A stretch of DNA of 64,000 bases from an uncultured delta proteobacterium. Its GTDB lineage: Bacteria > Desulfobacterota > Binatia > UBA9968. The notes below the pieces were generated by a model. It saw nothing but the letters and a program-made list of their open reading frames with translations, made no database searches and was not told the origin of the DNA. Positions 38,671 to 48,030 of the stretch are shown piece after piece. The position numbers were made by a program, and so were the translations under genes. The stretch spans positions 64,001 through 128,000 of the forward strand of contig CAWFJP010000004.1 of NCBI GenBank assembly GCA_963816145.1, in the 5' to 3' direction. Each line of letters opens with the position of its first letter. The first letter of the stretch is position 1.

Positions 38671-39627
38671 TCAGCTCCAGAAGCCGTGCTGCTTACTTAC
38701 TTCCAGATAATCCTTGAATCCCTGGATCAATTTGTATTTTGGCGTGTAGCCCAAGACGCGTTTGGCTTGCGCCAGTGAGATGTTGATCCGCTCGTTGCCG
38801 GCGCGGCCGTCGTCGGCGCCTTTGATCAATTTGATCTCGCGCTTGGGACAGAGCTGGGCGATCGCTTTGCGAAAATCTTGCGGCGTGTAGGTCTCGCCGG
38901 TGCCGATGTTGAAAGTCTTGCCCGCCGCGTCTTTGGCCACGCACGCAAGCGCAATGCCGCGGCCGACGTCTTTGGCGTAGACGAAATCGTTGCTGCCGAT
39001 GCGCTTCTCGTGCAGTTCGATGGCACCGTTGCCCAGACAGCTGCGCGCCAGCTCAGCCATGTTCTTGCCGCCGCCGGAGCCGCCGCGGTAGTGGCCGGGA
39101 CCGTAGACGCTGGCAGGGCGGATCACGACGGTTTCCAATTCATAGTAATTTTTATAAGCACCGAGCAACAGTTCGTTGGCGACTTTGGTCGCCTGATAAA
39201 ACTGCGTCGCCCAGCGCGGGAAGTCTTCGGTTACCGGCCCTTTCTTGATGTTGTCCCAGTCGTAGACGCCGAAGGTGCTGACATGAACGATGCGCTTGAC
39301 GCCGGTGAGTTGGGCGGCTTCGAAAGTGTTCACCGAGCCGAGAATGTTGGTGCGGATGCCACGGTAGGGCGGGTTGGCGACCTGGCTGCCGATGAAGCCG
39401 GCGCTGTGGACGACCGCGGCGGGTTTCACGGTTTTCATGGCGCGCAGCAGCGCAGGCAAGTCGAGCAGGTCGCCGCGCAGGACGCTGACGCGCTTCTTGC
39501 CGGCGATGGCGTCGATATAGGTTTGGTTGGGATTGATGTCGAAGAGTGTGACGTTGTGGCCGCGCTGGGCCAATTCATTGGCGCTATGGCAGCCGATCAG
39601 GCCGGCGCCGGTGATGAGGATTTTCAT
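38671..39627 (-). CDS. NAD-dependent epimerase/dehydratase
   Basis: TGAGLIG, YQATK, RPASVYGPG, DFVYAKD. Confidence 0.92.
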   Translation of the reverse strand: MKILITGAGLIGCHSANELAQRGHNVTLFDINPNQTYIDAIAGKKRVSVLRGDLLDLPALLRAMKTVKPAAVVHSAGFIGSQVANPPYRGIRTNILGSVNTFEAAQLTGVKRIVHVSTFGVYDWDNIKKGPVTEDFPRWATQFYQATKVANELLLGAYKNYYELETVVIRPASVYGPGHYRGGSGGGKNMAELARSCLGNGAIELHEKRIGSNDFVYAKDVGRGIALACVAKDAAGKTFNIGTGETYTPQDFRKAIAQLCPKREIKLIKGADDGRAGNERINISLAQAKRVLGYTPKYKLIQGFKDYLEVSKQHGFWS

Positions 39628-39712
39628 TTTGTCGGGATTCCTTCCGCAGTGAGTTCAGTTGAATATTCAGCCATATACAAGCTTTTCACTCTCACCCTTC
39701 GCTCTCCAGTCG

Positions 39713-39845
39713 GAGGCTGTGTCGTAATGCGCAAATGCCCCACATCTGTCATCCCGAGCGCAGCGAGGGATCTCGTGTTTTCAGCTACATTAGGATGACA
39801 AGATTTCTCGGCTTCACCTCGAAATGACAGTTGCGACACAGCCTC
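39713..39845. mobile_element. MITE-like element, 133 bp, with 15-bp terminal inverted repeats and a 7-bp target duplication
   Basis: TIR GAGGCTGTGTCG(T/C)AA (14/15); CCAGTCG duplicated at 39706-39712 and 39846-39852. Confidence 0.8.
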
Positions 39846-39913
39846 CCAGTCGAGGGAGAGGGTAAAATTTGGGGAGGGGAAAAGAATGCAAACTCATTGA
39901 ATTGCTGATTCGA

Positions 39914-40264
39914 TTAGTCGCAGTAGTATTCCAGTTTATAACCGTTGGGGTCGGTGATGTAGAAAGCGGTCTTGCCGCGGCGGCCGTCGATCTGGATGGC
40001 TAACTTTTTGAATTTTGCTTCGAGCTTTTTCAGTTCCGCTTGGGTGACTTTAAAGCCGACATGTTCGAGGCCTTGGTTGGCGCGAGGGCGTTGGGCGGTT
40101 TTGACGAAGTTCAGAAGGTCGCTGCTGCCGGGCGTGGTGAGAAAAATCATGCTGGGCGGATGACGAAACGCTACCTTAAGCCCCAGCACATCGACGTAGA
40201 AGTCCTCGGTCTTTTTCAAGTCGCGCACTTTGAGAGCGATGTGGCTAAGCCCTTTTTTTGCCAT
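39914..40264 (-). CDS. VOC/glyoxalase family protein
   Basis: LSHIALKV, FYVDVLGL, LEHVGF, TDPNGYKLE. Confidence 0.9.
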   Translation of the reverse strand: MAKKGLSHIALKVRDLKKTEDFYVDVLGLKVAFRHPPSMIFLTTPGSSDLLNFVKTAQRPRANQGLEHVGFKVTQAELKKLEAKFKKLAIQIDGRRGKTAFYITDPNGYKLEYYCD

Positions 40265-40410
40265 GGCGTCGGTCCTCCGTGATCGGGTTCGTGATCGTGC
40301 TCGTCACATAACTGCTATATCCCATCGGTTCTAGCCCATTCAACTCCGAGCTTTTACAAGCGCGGCGATCCTTGATAGTTTGCAAACTCTCGCTTCGTGG
40401 TGGCTTTGCA

Positions 40411-41715
40411 TTGAATTCTCCCACAACATTTTCAACCTCCCGTTCCGACCGTAAATTTTTCTACGGCTGGTACATCGTCGGTGTCGGCTTTCTTGCCCAT
40501 GTCGCGTGCGCGTTTCACATGTCGAGCACCCTCAGCGTGTTCTTGAAGCCGTTGACCGAGGATCTGGGCGTCTCGCGCGGTTTGTTTTCGCTCTTGCGCT
40601 CTGGGGAAATTCTCATCGGCGCGGCGATGGCGCCGCTGGTGGGGCCGCTGGTCGATCGTTTCGGCGGCCGTTGGCTGATGGTCGGCGGGGCGTTATCCGC
40701 GGGTTTGGGATTTCTCCTGATGAGCCGGGTCGGCGCGTTCTGGCAGTTTCTCATGCTGCGCTGGATCTTCGTCGCCATCGGCGGCGTCTTCATGTGCCAG
40801 ATGATCGTCAGCGTGACGGTGTCGCGCTGGTTCGTGCGCAAACGCGGGCGGGCGATCGCGATCGCCAGCCTGGGGCAGGGATTTGCCAAGGTCTGTATCC
40901 CGGTCGTGACCGCGACTCTGTTCGCCTGGGTTGGCTGGCGGCTGACCTGGTCGATCTTCGGCTTGATCACATTGGTGCTGGTCGTGGTTCCCGCGCTGAT
41001 TTTCATGCGGCGCAGCCCGGAGGAGATGGGCTTGCAGCCGGACGGCATGGACGCACAGCCGGCGTTGGTTGGCAGTAAATCGAATGACGCTACCAAGGCA
41101 CGACTGGCGGCGGAAGAAGTAGTTTGGACTTGGCGCGAAGTGATCCGCACCAAAGCGTTTTGGATTATTTGTTTCATTTACGGTATAGCCAACGTCGGTA
41201 TCGCCGGCTTGAATCTGCATGTGTTCGCTTACGTCACCGATATCGGCTACTCGCCGCTGGTGGCGGCGACGGTGCTCAGCATCATCGCGTCGACGCAGCT
41301 TGGCTCGACCATGGTCTGGGGCGTGATTAGCGAGCGCATGGACATCCGCCACTCCAGTTTGGTCATGTTTTTGGTGCAGTCGACAGGATTGGCGCTGGTT
41401 CTTGTCACTAGTCAGGTGGTGCCGGTTTACCTCGGTTTTTTGCTTTACGGTGTCGGTTTGGGCGGTGGTTGGGTGCTGCAAGAACTCATCTGGGCCAGCA
41501 ATTTCGGCCGGGTCTCGCTCGGCATGGTGCGGGGCCTTGGCATTCTGGTTACCCATGCGTTCGGTGCCGCGGGGGCGCCGTTCTTCGGATTTGTCCACGA
41601 TCTCACAGGCAGTTACCGATCATCGTTTTTGGCTTTCGTCGTCGCCTTGATCGTCTCGGCGTTGTTGAGCCTGGCGGTGCGGGCGCCGCGCAAGAACTCT
41701 CTGGTCGTGAGTTGA
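40411..41715 (+). CDS. MFS transporter (OFA/MCT-like)
   Basis: FFYGWYIV, GPLVDRFGGR, WFVRKRGRA; promoter TTTACA-N17-TAGTTT at 40353-40381 places the start downstream of 40372. Confidence 0.9.
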   Translation: MNSPTTFSTSRSDRKFFYGWYIVGVGFLAHVACAFHMSSTLSVFLKPLTEDLGVSRGLFSLLRSGEILIGAAMAPLVGPLVDRFGGRWLMVGGALSAGLGFLLMSRVGAFWQFLMLRWIFVAIGGVFMCQMIVSVTVSRWFVRKRGRAIAIASLGQGFAKVCIPVVTATLFAWVGWRLTWSIFGLITLVLVVVPALIFMRRSPEEMGLQPDGMDAQPALVGSKSNDATKARLAAEEVVWTWREVIRTKAFWIICFIYGIANVGIAGLNLHVFAYVTDIGYSPLVAATVLSIIASTQLGSTMVWGVISERMDIRHSSLVMFLVQSTGLALVLVTSQVVPVYLGFLLYGVGLGGGWVLQELIWASNFGRVSLGMVRGLGILVTHAFGAAGAPFFGFVHDLTGSYRSSFLAFVVALIVSALLSLAVRAPRKNSLVVS

Positions 41716-41766
41716 CCCGCGATATGCACTGCGCATAATAAGATCACCAGCCGCAAAACGTCTCGC

Positions 41767-42906
41767 ATGGAATCACAACTTTCCAAATCCGCCAGCTTGC
41801 ACAGCGACGGACCGCGCAACGGCGTGCTCAAGCTCGCCATCGCCGGCCGGCTCGACGCCGACAGCACCGGGGGCATTTGGCGCGAATCGACGCGACTGGT
41901 GGCGGCGGCACGGGCGGTGACGGTTGATCTCGACGCGGCGGCGATCGATTACTGCGACGGTTCCGGTATCGCGCTGCTGATTCAGCTGCGCCGGTTGCAA
42001 CAGAAGAACGCGGGCCGGTTGGAAATTCACGGTCTACGCCCGGAGTTCCAAGAATTGTTGGACGACTGGGCGCAAGGCAGCGCTGAGACCGGTCAGAGCA
42101 AGACCAAAGTTCGCGTTCAATTGGCCGAGGAGATCGGCCGGGGGGCGGTGCAGGTTTGGCAAGATATTCATGAATTGATTGCCTTCGTCGGTCAGTTGGG
42201 CTTGGCCATGGTCAAGGCGGCGCGTCATCCCAGCACGATTCGTTGGCGCGACACGTTGCTGATCGCTGAAGAGGTCGGGGTCAATGCGCTGCCGATCGTA
42301 GCGCTGCTGAGTTTTCTGGTCGGCGTCATCATGGCGTTTCAGGCGGCGGTCGCCTTGCGTCAATTCGGCGCCGAGATCTTTGTCGCCAATATGATCGGCT
42401 TGTCGGTGCTGCGCGAGATGGGGCCGTTGATGACGGCGATCATTCTCGCCGGCCGTTCGGGTTCGGCCTTTGCCGCCGAGATCGGCACCATGAAAGTGCG
42501 CGAGGAAATCGACGCGCTCAAAACCATGGGGTTGGAGCCGGTGCGGTTTCTGGTCGTGCCGCGGGTGCTTGCCGCGCTGGCGATGACGCCGGTGCTCACC
42601 GTGTTCGCCGACCTGTTGGGCGTCATGGGCGGTTCGGTCGTCATGATGTCGTTAGGTTTTCCGCTCATTACTTTTTTTCATCAACTGCAGCTGGCGGTGA
42701 GCTATGGCTCGCTTGTCGGCGGGCTGGTGAAAGCCTTCGCGTTTGGTATCCTGGTTGCGGCGATCGGCTGCTTGCGCGGCCTGCAGACCCAATCCGGCGC
42801 CAGCGCCGTCGGACTTTCCACCACCCATGCGGTGGTGAGCGGGATTATCCTGATCGTGATCACCGACGGGATTTTTACGGTGATCTATTATTACCTTTGG
42901 GTCTAA
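41767..42906 (+). CDS. mlaE: MlaE-family permease with N-terminal STAS domain
   Basis: STAS (IDYCDGSG), REMGPLMTAIILAGRSGSAFAAEIGTMKVREEIDAL. Confidence 0.9.
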   Translation: MESQLSKSASLHSDGPRNGVLKLAIAGRLDADSTGGIWRESTRLVAAARAVTVDLDAAAIDYCDGSGIALLIQLRRLQQKNAGRLEIHGLRPEFQELLDDWAQGSAETGQSKTKVRVQLAEEIGRGAVQVWQDIHELIAFVGQLGLAMVKAARHPSTIRWRDTLLIAEEVGVNALPIVALLSFLVGVIMAFQAAVALRQFGAEIFVANMIGLSVLREMGPLMTAIILAGRSGSAFAAEIGTMKVREEIDALKTMGLEPVRFLVVPRVLAALAMTPVLTVFADLLGVMGGSVVMMSLGFPLITFFHQLQLAVSYGSLVGGLVKAFAFGILVAAIGCLRGLQTQSGASAVGLSTTHAVVSGIILIVITDGIFTVIYYYLWV

Positions 42907-42913
42907 TCGGATC

Positions 42914-43684
42914 ATGGCAACCGACGATACGATCATCCGAGTGGACGGCTTCACCGCAGCCTATGACGGCCTGGTGATTCTCAATCAATTGAATTTCGAC
43001 GTGTGCCGCGGCGAAGTGTTCGCCATCCTCGGCGGCTCGGGGTGCGGCAAGAGCACTCTGCTCAAACATATGATCGGCTTGTACCCGCCGGCGGCGGGAA
43101 CCATTCTCATCGACGGCCACAATGTCACTACGGCTGAAGGCGGCGAGCGCCAGCGACTGCTCCGCAAGTTCGGCGTCATGTACCAAAGCGGCGCGTTGTT
43201 TGGCTCGATGACGGTGCTCGACAATGTCTGTTTGCCGCTCCAAGAGTTTACCGATCTGCCGCCGGACGCGATTCGTTTTATCGCCTCGATGAAGTTGCAG
43301 CGCGTCGGCCTCGGCGGTTTCGACGATCATCTGCCGTCGGAATTAAGCGGCGGCATGCAGAAGCGCGCCGCCATCGCCCGCGCCATGGCGCTTGACCCGC
43401 AGGTGATGTTTCTCGACGAACCGTCGGCAGGGCTCGATCCGATCACTTCGGCGGAACTTGATGAATTGATTCTCTCGCTGGCGCGCAGCTTAAAGATTAC
43501 CTTTGTCATCGTCACCCATGAGCTGGCGAGTATCTTCGCGATTGCGGATCGGGTGATTATGTTGGATAAAAGCGTCAAAGGCATCGTGGCTACGGGCAAA
43601 CCTCAGGAGTTGCGCGATCACAGCGAGAATCCCTGGGTAAGGCAGTTTTTTTCCCGCCAGCCCTCCGCCGACAATCCAGCTTAG
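42914..43684 (+). CDS. mlaF: MlaF/Mkl ABC ATP-binding protein
   Basis: GGSGCGKS, YQSGALFGS, LSGGMQKR, DEPSAGLDP. Confidence 0.9.
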   Translation: MATDDTIIRVDGFTAAYDGLVILNQLNFDVCRGEVFAILGGSGCGKSTLLKHMIGLYPPAAGTILIDGHNVTTAEGGERQRLLRKFGVMYQSGALFGSMTVLDNVCLPLQEFTDLPPDAIRFIASMKLQRVGLGGFDDHLPSELSGGMQKRAAIARAMALDPQVMFLDEPSAGLDPITSAELDELILSLARSLKITFVIVTHELASIFAIADRVIMLDKSVKGIVATGKPQELRDHSENPWVRQFFSRQPSADNPA

Positions 43685-43723
43685 CGCATCCATGGTATTG
43701 ATTTAACCGCTTAAATTGCCGGT

Positions 43724-44782
43724 ATGGAAAAAGCCAGCTATTTCAAGATCGGTGTATTTATCATCATTGGCACCATCATCGGCGTCATTGGCGTGGTCGC
43801 GCTCGGCGTCGGCACCATTTTTCAGAAGAAAGTCCTGGTCGAAACCTATATCGATGAGTCGGTGCAAGGGCTTGACGTCGGCTCGTCGGTGAAATTTCGC
43901 GGTGTGCCGGTCGGCAAGGTCGAAACCATCAGCCTGACCAGCGCCGAGTATCCGACCAAGCGCCGCTACGTTCTGGTCCGGATCGGTCTTACGACGACGA
44001 TCTTTCAAGCGCCGCTGTCCGACGCCGGTTCACCGAGTTTCACGACCGAGATCGAAAAAGGATTGCGCGTCCGTCTCGCATCCCAGGGTCTCACCGGCGC
44101 GGCCTACATAGAGGCGGATTATCAGGACCCAGCGCGCAATCCGCCGTTGGAGATCGATTGGCACCCCCGATACCCCTATGTGCCGTCGACTCTGAGCCGA
44201 ATCGCGCAGCTCAGCGAGTCGCTGGAAAAGATTCTTCGCAGCGCGGAAGACATCGATGTTGGCCGGTTGGTCGCCGGCCTGGAAAAATCTTTGCAAACGA
44301 TTACCAAAGTCGCCGAAGGGGCGAATTTCGACAAGCTCGGCGGCCAGGCCAACGCCTTTCTGACCGAAGTGCGTGACACCAACCGTCAGTTGAAAGAGCT
44401 GATCGGCAGCAACGAAGTGAAGTCCGCCTTGAAAGACAGCGCGGCTGCGGCGAGCGCCGCGCGCCAGATCATCGAACGCGCGCAAGGTCCGGTCAATCAA
44501 ATGCTCAGCGACTTGCCGCGCGCGGCTGAGAGTTTGGAACGCATGGTCAAGCGGCTTGATTTGGTCAGCGCTGATCTGCCCGATACGAGTGCTCAGCTCA
44601 GGCAAACCGTCCAGCGATTGAACCGATTGATCGCGACGCAGCAACAGGGGATCGCGGCCACAGTCGAGAACTTGCAAGCGATTTCCAATGACATGAAAGA
44701 GCTCACGGAAAGTTCGCGCAAGTATCCATCTCAGGTATTGTTCGGCGCGCCGCCGACGCCCTCGAAGGTGATGCCACGATGA
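43724..44782 (+). CDS. mlaD: MlaD/MCE family protein
   Basis: N-terminal anchor, SVQGLDVGSSVKFRGVPVGKV, QGLTG, helical tail. Confidence 0.88.
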   Translation: MEKASYFKIGVFIIIGTIIGVIGVVALGVGTIFQKKVLVETYIDESVQGLDVGSSVKFRGVPVGKVETISLTSAEYPTKRRYVLVRIGLTTTIFQAPLSDAGSPSFTTEIEKGLRVRLASQGLTGAAYIEADYQDPARNPPLEIDWHPRYPYVPSTLSRIAQLSESLEKILRSAEDIDVGRLVAGLEKSLQTITKVAEGANFDKLGGQANAFLTEVRDTNRQLKELIGSNEVKSALKDSAAAASAARQIIERAQGPVNQMLSDLPRAAESLERMVKRLDLVSADLPDTSAQLRQTVQRLNRLIATQQQGIAATVENLQAISNDMKELTESSRKYPSQVLFGAPPTPSKVMPR

Positions 44783-45390
44783 AATCATTTAGGACTCTTT
44801 TTGTAACCGCAGCGCTGCTGGCCATGCTTGGCAACGGTTGCGTCAGCCTCGAACGCAACTATCCCGATAAGCATTTTTATGCCCTGGAAGTCCGCCCGGC
44901 GACGAGCGGTGAAGTGGTTCGTGACGAAATCTTGCAAGTGTCGCCTTTACGTATTTCACCGCGTTATCAGGATCGAAGTTTTGTTTATCGTATTTCGGAT
45001 ACCGGGTTCGAGAGCGATTTTTACAATCAATTTATCGCTCCACCAGCAGGGCTGATCAGTGAAGAGATTCGCAAGAGTTTGATCGGCTCACAGCTTTTCA
45101 AATACGTCATCAGCGCATCGAATAGCCAGACGCCGAGCTATGTGTTGGAGGGCACGGTCAATGGGATCTATGGGGATTTTAGAAATCTGAATGCGCCGGC
45201 TGCGGTGATTGACTTGGAGTTTTTTTTGACCAGCGATCTACCCGCCAAACCGGGGATTCTCATGCAGAAACGCTATGTGCAATCCGTGCTGGTGAGCAAC
45301 CGATCACCGGAAGCGCTGGTCAAAAGCTGGGATCTCGCGCTGGAAGAAATTCTCACGGCTCTGACGGCGGATCTTAGAATAGTAAAATAA
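44779..45390 (+). CDS. ABC auxiliary lipoprotein (PqiC-like)
   Basis: Lipobox-like GNGC, follows MCE gene, FIAPPAGLI. Confidence 0.8.
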   Translation: MKSFRTLFVTAALLAMLGNGCVSLERNYPDKHFYALEVRPATSGEVVRDEILQVSPLRISPRYQDRSFVYRISDTGFESDFYNQFIAPPAGLISEEIRKSLIGSQLFKYVISASNSQTPSYVLEGTVNGIYGDFRNLNAPAAVIDLEFFLTSDLPAKPGILMQKRYVQSVLVSNRSPEALVKSWDLALEEILTALTADLRIVK

Positions 45391-45504
45391 TACTGGTTAA
45401 CGCCGGTCAAAAAGTCCGAGCTGGTCAAAGCGCCGCTGATTTCCGATCGGTCAATTCGAACGACCGGAAGTTTTGCAACGATCGGAACAGACCCACCTGG
45501 CGAT

Positions 45505-47910
45505 TCACGGTGCCGGACGGACTCTGCATAGATACGATCGATGCGGCAGTGAGCCGCTGATCGGATCGGCTTGGTCGGTGCCGATGAGCACGGCGGCGTT
45601 GGCGCCATTTTCGTTGTAGGCGTCGTAGCCCGGGAGTTCCAGTTCTTTGCAGCCTTGCCACCAGCCATGTTGGACGCAGACGGCGCCGGGGACGATGTTT
45701 CCAGTCACGCGCGCTTTGACTTTGATCGCACCCTTCGGGGTTTCGACGGTCATCCATTCTTTGTTCTTAATCCCATAACGCAATGCGGTTTCAGGGTGAA
45801 CGTCGGCGCTCGGCTCGGGCAACGCTTTGCGCAGACTGGTTAACGCGCGCTGCTGGCTGTGCACGAAAGTCGTGTTCTTGGCGTTGGTCAGGACCAGAGG
45901 AAAATCCGCAGCGACGTCCGGCCGGCTGACTGGGCTCAACGCGGGCTCGATATATTCCGGCAGCGCTGGATAGCCGGCGGCGGCGAACTTATGGCAGTAT
46001 AGTTCGACTCGCTTCGACGGCGTGGCGAAGCCGCGCGGTTTGCCGTCTTTATTTATTTTTGTGTGTTTCTCAAATGTCGGTGCGACCGGACGGGAAATAC
46101 CGCCGGGAGTGTTTTTCAATTCTTCCAGCGTGATTCCTGTCGGCGCGAGCTCGTAGGCGTAGGCGGCTTCGATGTCGCCGTTGAAGAATTGCTCGCTCAT
46201 GCCCATGCGCTTGGCTAGCTCGAAAAGTATCCAGGTATCGGAGCGCCGCTCGTAGAGCGGTTCCACCACGACGGCGCGATATTGCAGATGGGTCTTGCCT
46301 AACTGGCGGTGTTCGAAGGCGGTGGTGATGTTGGACATTTCGAGAAAACTGGCGGCCGGCAAGACATAGTCGCAGAGCTGCGCCGTCGGCGTCATGAACA
46401 AATCCATGGCTACGGCGAATTCCAATTTGCTTAGCGCCTCGCGGGCGCGCCGCGGATCGGCATTGGACATGACCGGATTACAACCGAAGGCGAGAAACGC
46501 TTTGATCGGATAGGGTTGTTCGTCGAGGATTGCGGTGAAGATATCGTAGGCGGCGCAGTTTCCCGGCGACGCCGGCGGGCCGAGCGGCTTTTTATCGCGG
46601 CCAATGCGCAATGCTGCCGCTTCTTTGGACAAAAATTCTTTGCCGTCGACGCTGTTAGTGGGGACTTTCGGAAAAGTCACGTTGCCGCCCTGGCGGTCGA
46701 AGTCGCCGAGGAGCGCGTAGAGTGATGCGATGGCGCGGCTGGTTTGGGTCGCGTTGGTGTGCTGGCCGAGTCCGTTCCACATGTACAGGCTGACCGGCCG
46801 ATTGTGTGACAGCATCAGCGCGGTCTTCCAGACCTGCTCGGCCGGCACCCAGGTGATTTTCTCGGATTTCTCCGGGGCGAATTCCGCGGCGAGCTCGCCC
46901 AACCGTTCGAAGACCGGCTGGCAAACAATTTCATTGCCGTCTTTGCTTTTGAGAATTCGTTTGCCGAAGAGTGCCGGTCGCACATCGTCGCGTGCGTAAT
47001 CGCCGGTGGCGGAATCGTAGATGACCGCCTTGTTTTTCGCTTCGTCCCAAACTACGAAGCGGTTGGCATCGCCGTCGGCGCTGAGATTGGCTTCGGTGAC
47101 GACGGCGCCGGTGGCGGTATTCATCAACAACATTCCATTGGTCCAGCGGCGTACGAAATCGACGTCGTACCAGCTCTCTTCGATCAGACAATGGATCAGC
47201 GCTAGCGCCAGGGCGCCGTCGGTGCCGGGACGTACTTGCAAGAGCATGTCAGCATTCGCGCCTATGCCGATGCGGCGGGGATCGACGACGATAGTTTTCA
47301 TGCCGCGCTTGCGCGCCTGGATGATATCTTCCGCGAGAATCAGCGAGGTCGAGCTAGGGTTATGGCCCCAAAGGAGAAACGTTTTGCTATGTCCGACATC
47401 GGGCGTTTGGATCGTTGTGCCGAAGGTAAAACTGAAACCGGTGTCTTTATGCCAATTGCACACATGGGTGGTCGAAACCCAGTTGGGACTGCCGTAGAGG
47501 TAAAGAAAGCGGCCAAGCCAGCGCTCGACATCGTCCACCGAGGTGCCGCTCTTGGTGCCCTTGCCCAACGCCATCGCCTTGGCGCCATGCTGGTCGCGGA
47601 TCGATAGCAGTTTTCTCGCGATGTCATCGAGCGCTTCGTCCCAACCGACGCGCTGCCAGCCGGGATCGGGGTCTCCTTTAGGCCGGGTGCGCTTGAGCGG
47701 GTAGTTCAATCGCTCGGGATTGTAGACCAACTCCGGCGCCGCTTTGCCCTTAATGCACATGACGCCGCCATTGGGATGATCGTAGTCGGGTTCCAATTTA
47801 GTCACCCGGCCGTTCTCAACGGTGGCGATGGTGGCGCAGTGGGCGGTGCAGAGGGCGCAGTAGCCGCGCACTTCTTTTACCTCAGCAACCTGACGAGCTG
47901 ATTTGGACAT
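45505..47910 (-). CDS. Molybdopterin-dependent oxidoreductase (acetylene-hydratase-like)
   Basis: CALCTAHC...C 4Fe-4S motif, VRPGTDGALAL, DLFMTPTA, C-terminal MopB domain; no Tat signal. Confidence 0.9.
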   Translation of the reverse strand: MSKSARQVAEVKEVRGYCALCTAHCATIATVENGRVTKLEPDYDHPNGGVMCIKGKAAPELVYNPERLNYPLKRTRPKGDPDPGWQRVGWDEALDDIARKLLSIRDQHGAKAMALGKGTKSGTSVDDVERWLGRFLYLYGSPNWVSTTHVCNWHKDTGFSFTFGTTIQTPDVGHSKTFLLWGHNPSSTSLILAEDIIQARKRGMKTIVVDPRRIGIGANADMLLQVRPGTDGALALALIHCLIEESWYDVDFVRRWTNGMLLMNTATGAVVTEANLSADGDANRFVVWDEAKNKAVIYDSATGDYARDDVRPALFGKRILKSKDGNEIVCQPVFERLGELAAEFAPEKSEKITWVPAEQVWKTALMLSHNRPVSLYMWNGLGQHTNATQTSRAIASLYALLGDFDRQGGNVTFPKVPTNSVDGKEFLSKEAAALRIGRDKKPLGPPASPGNCAAYDIFTAILDEQPYPIKAFLAFGCNPVMSNADPRRAREALSKLEFAVAMDLFMTPTAQLCDYVLPAASFLEMSNITTAFEHRQLGKTHLQYRAVVVEPLYERRSDTWILFELAKRMGMSEQFFNGDIEAAYAYELAPTGITLEELKNTPGGISRPVAPTFEKHTKINKDGKPRGFATPSKRVELYCHKFAAAGYPALPEYIEPALSPVSRPDVAADFPLVLTNAKNTTFVHSQQRALTSLRKALPEPSADVHPETALRYGIKNKEWMTVETPKGAIKVKARVTGNIVPGAVCVQHGWWQGCKELELPGYDAYNENGANAAVLIGTDQADPISGSLPHRSYLCRVRPAP

Positions 47911-47948
47911 TACTTTCTCCGATTGATGACGGCGACCTGAACGCGGCG

Positions 47949-48024
47949 GTTCAAGGTTCAATAGTTCAAAAGTTCAGTCGTCCGGTATCCGACCTTGAAC
48001 TTTTGAACCTCAAAACCCTTGAAC
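47949..48024. repeat. GTTCAA/TTGAAC short-unit palindromic repeat
   Basis: GTTCAA units followed by TTGAAC units; related arm at 55808-55846. Confidence 0.7.
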
Positions 48025-48030
48025 GGGCTT

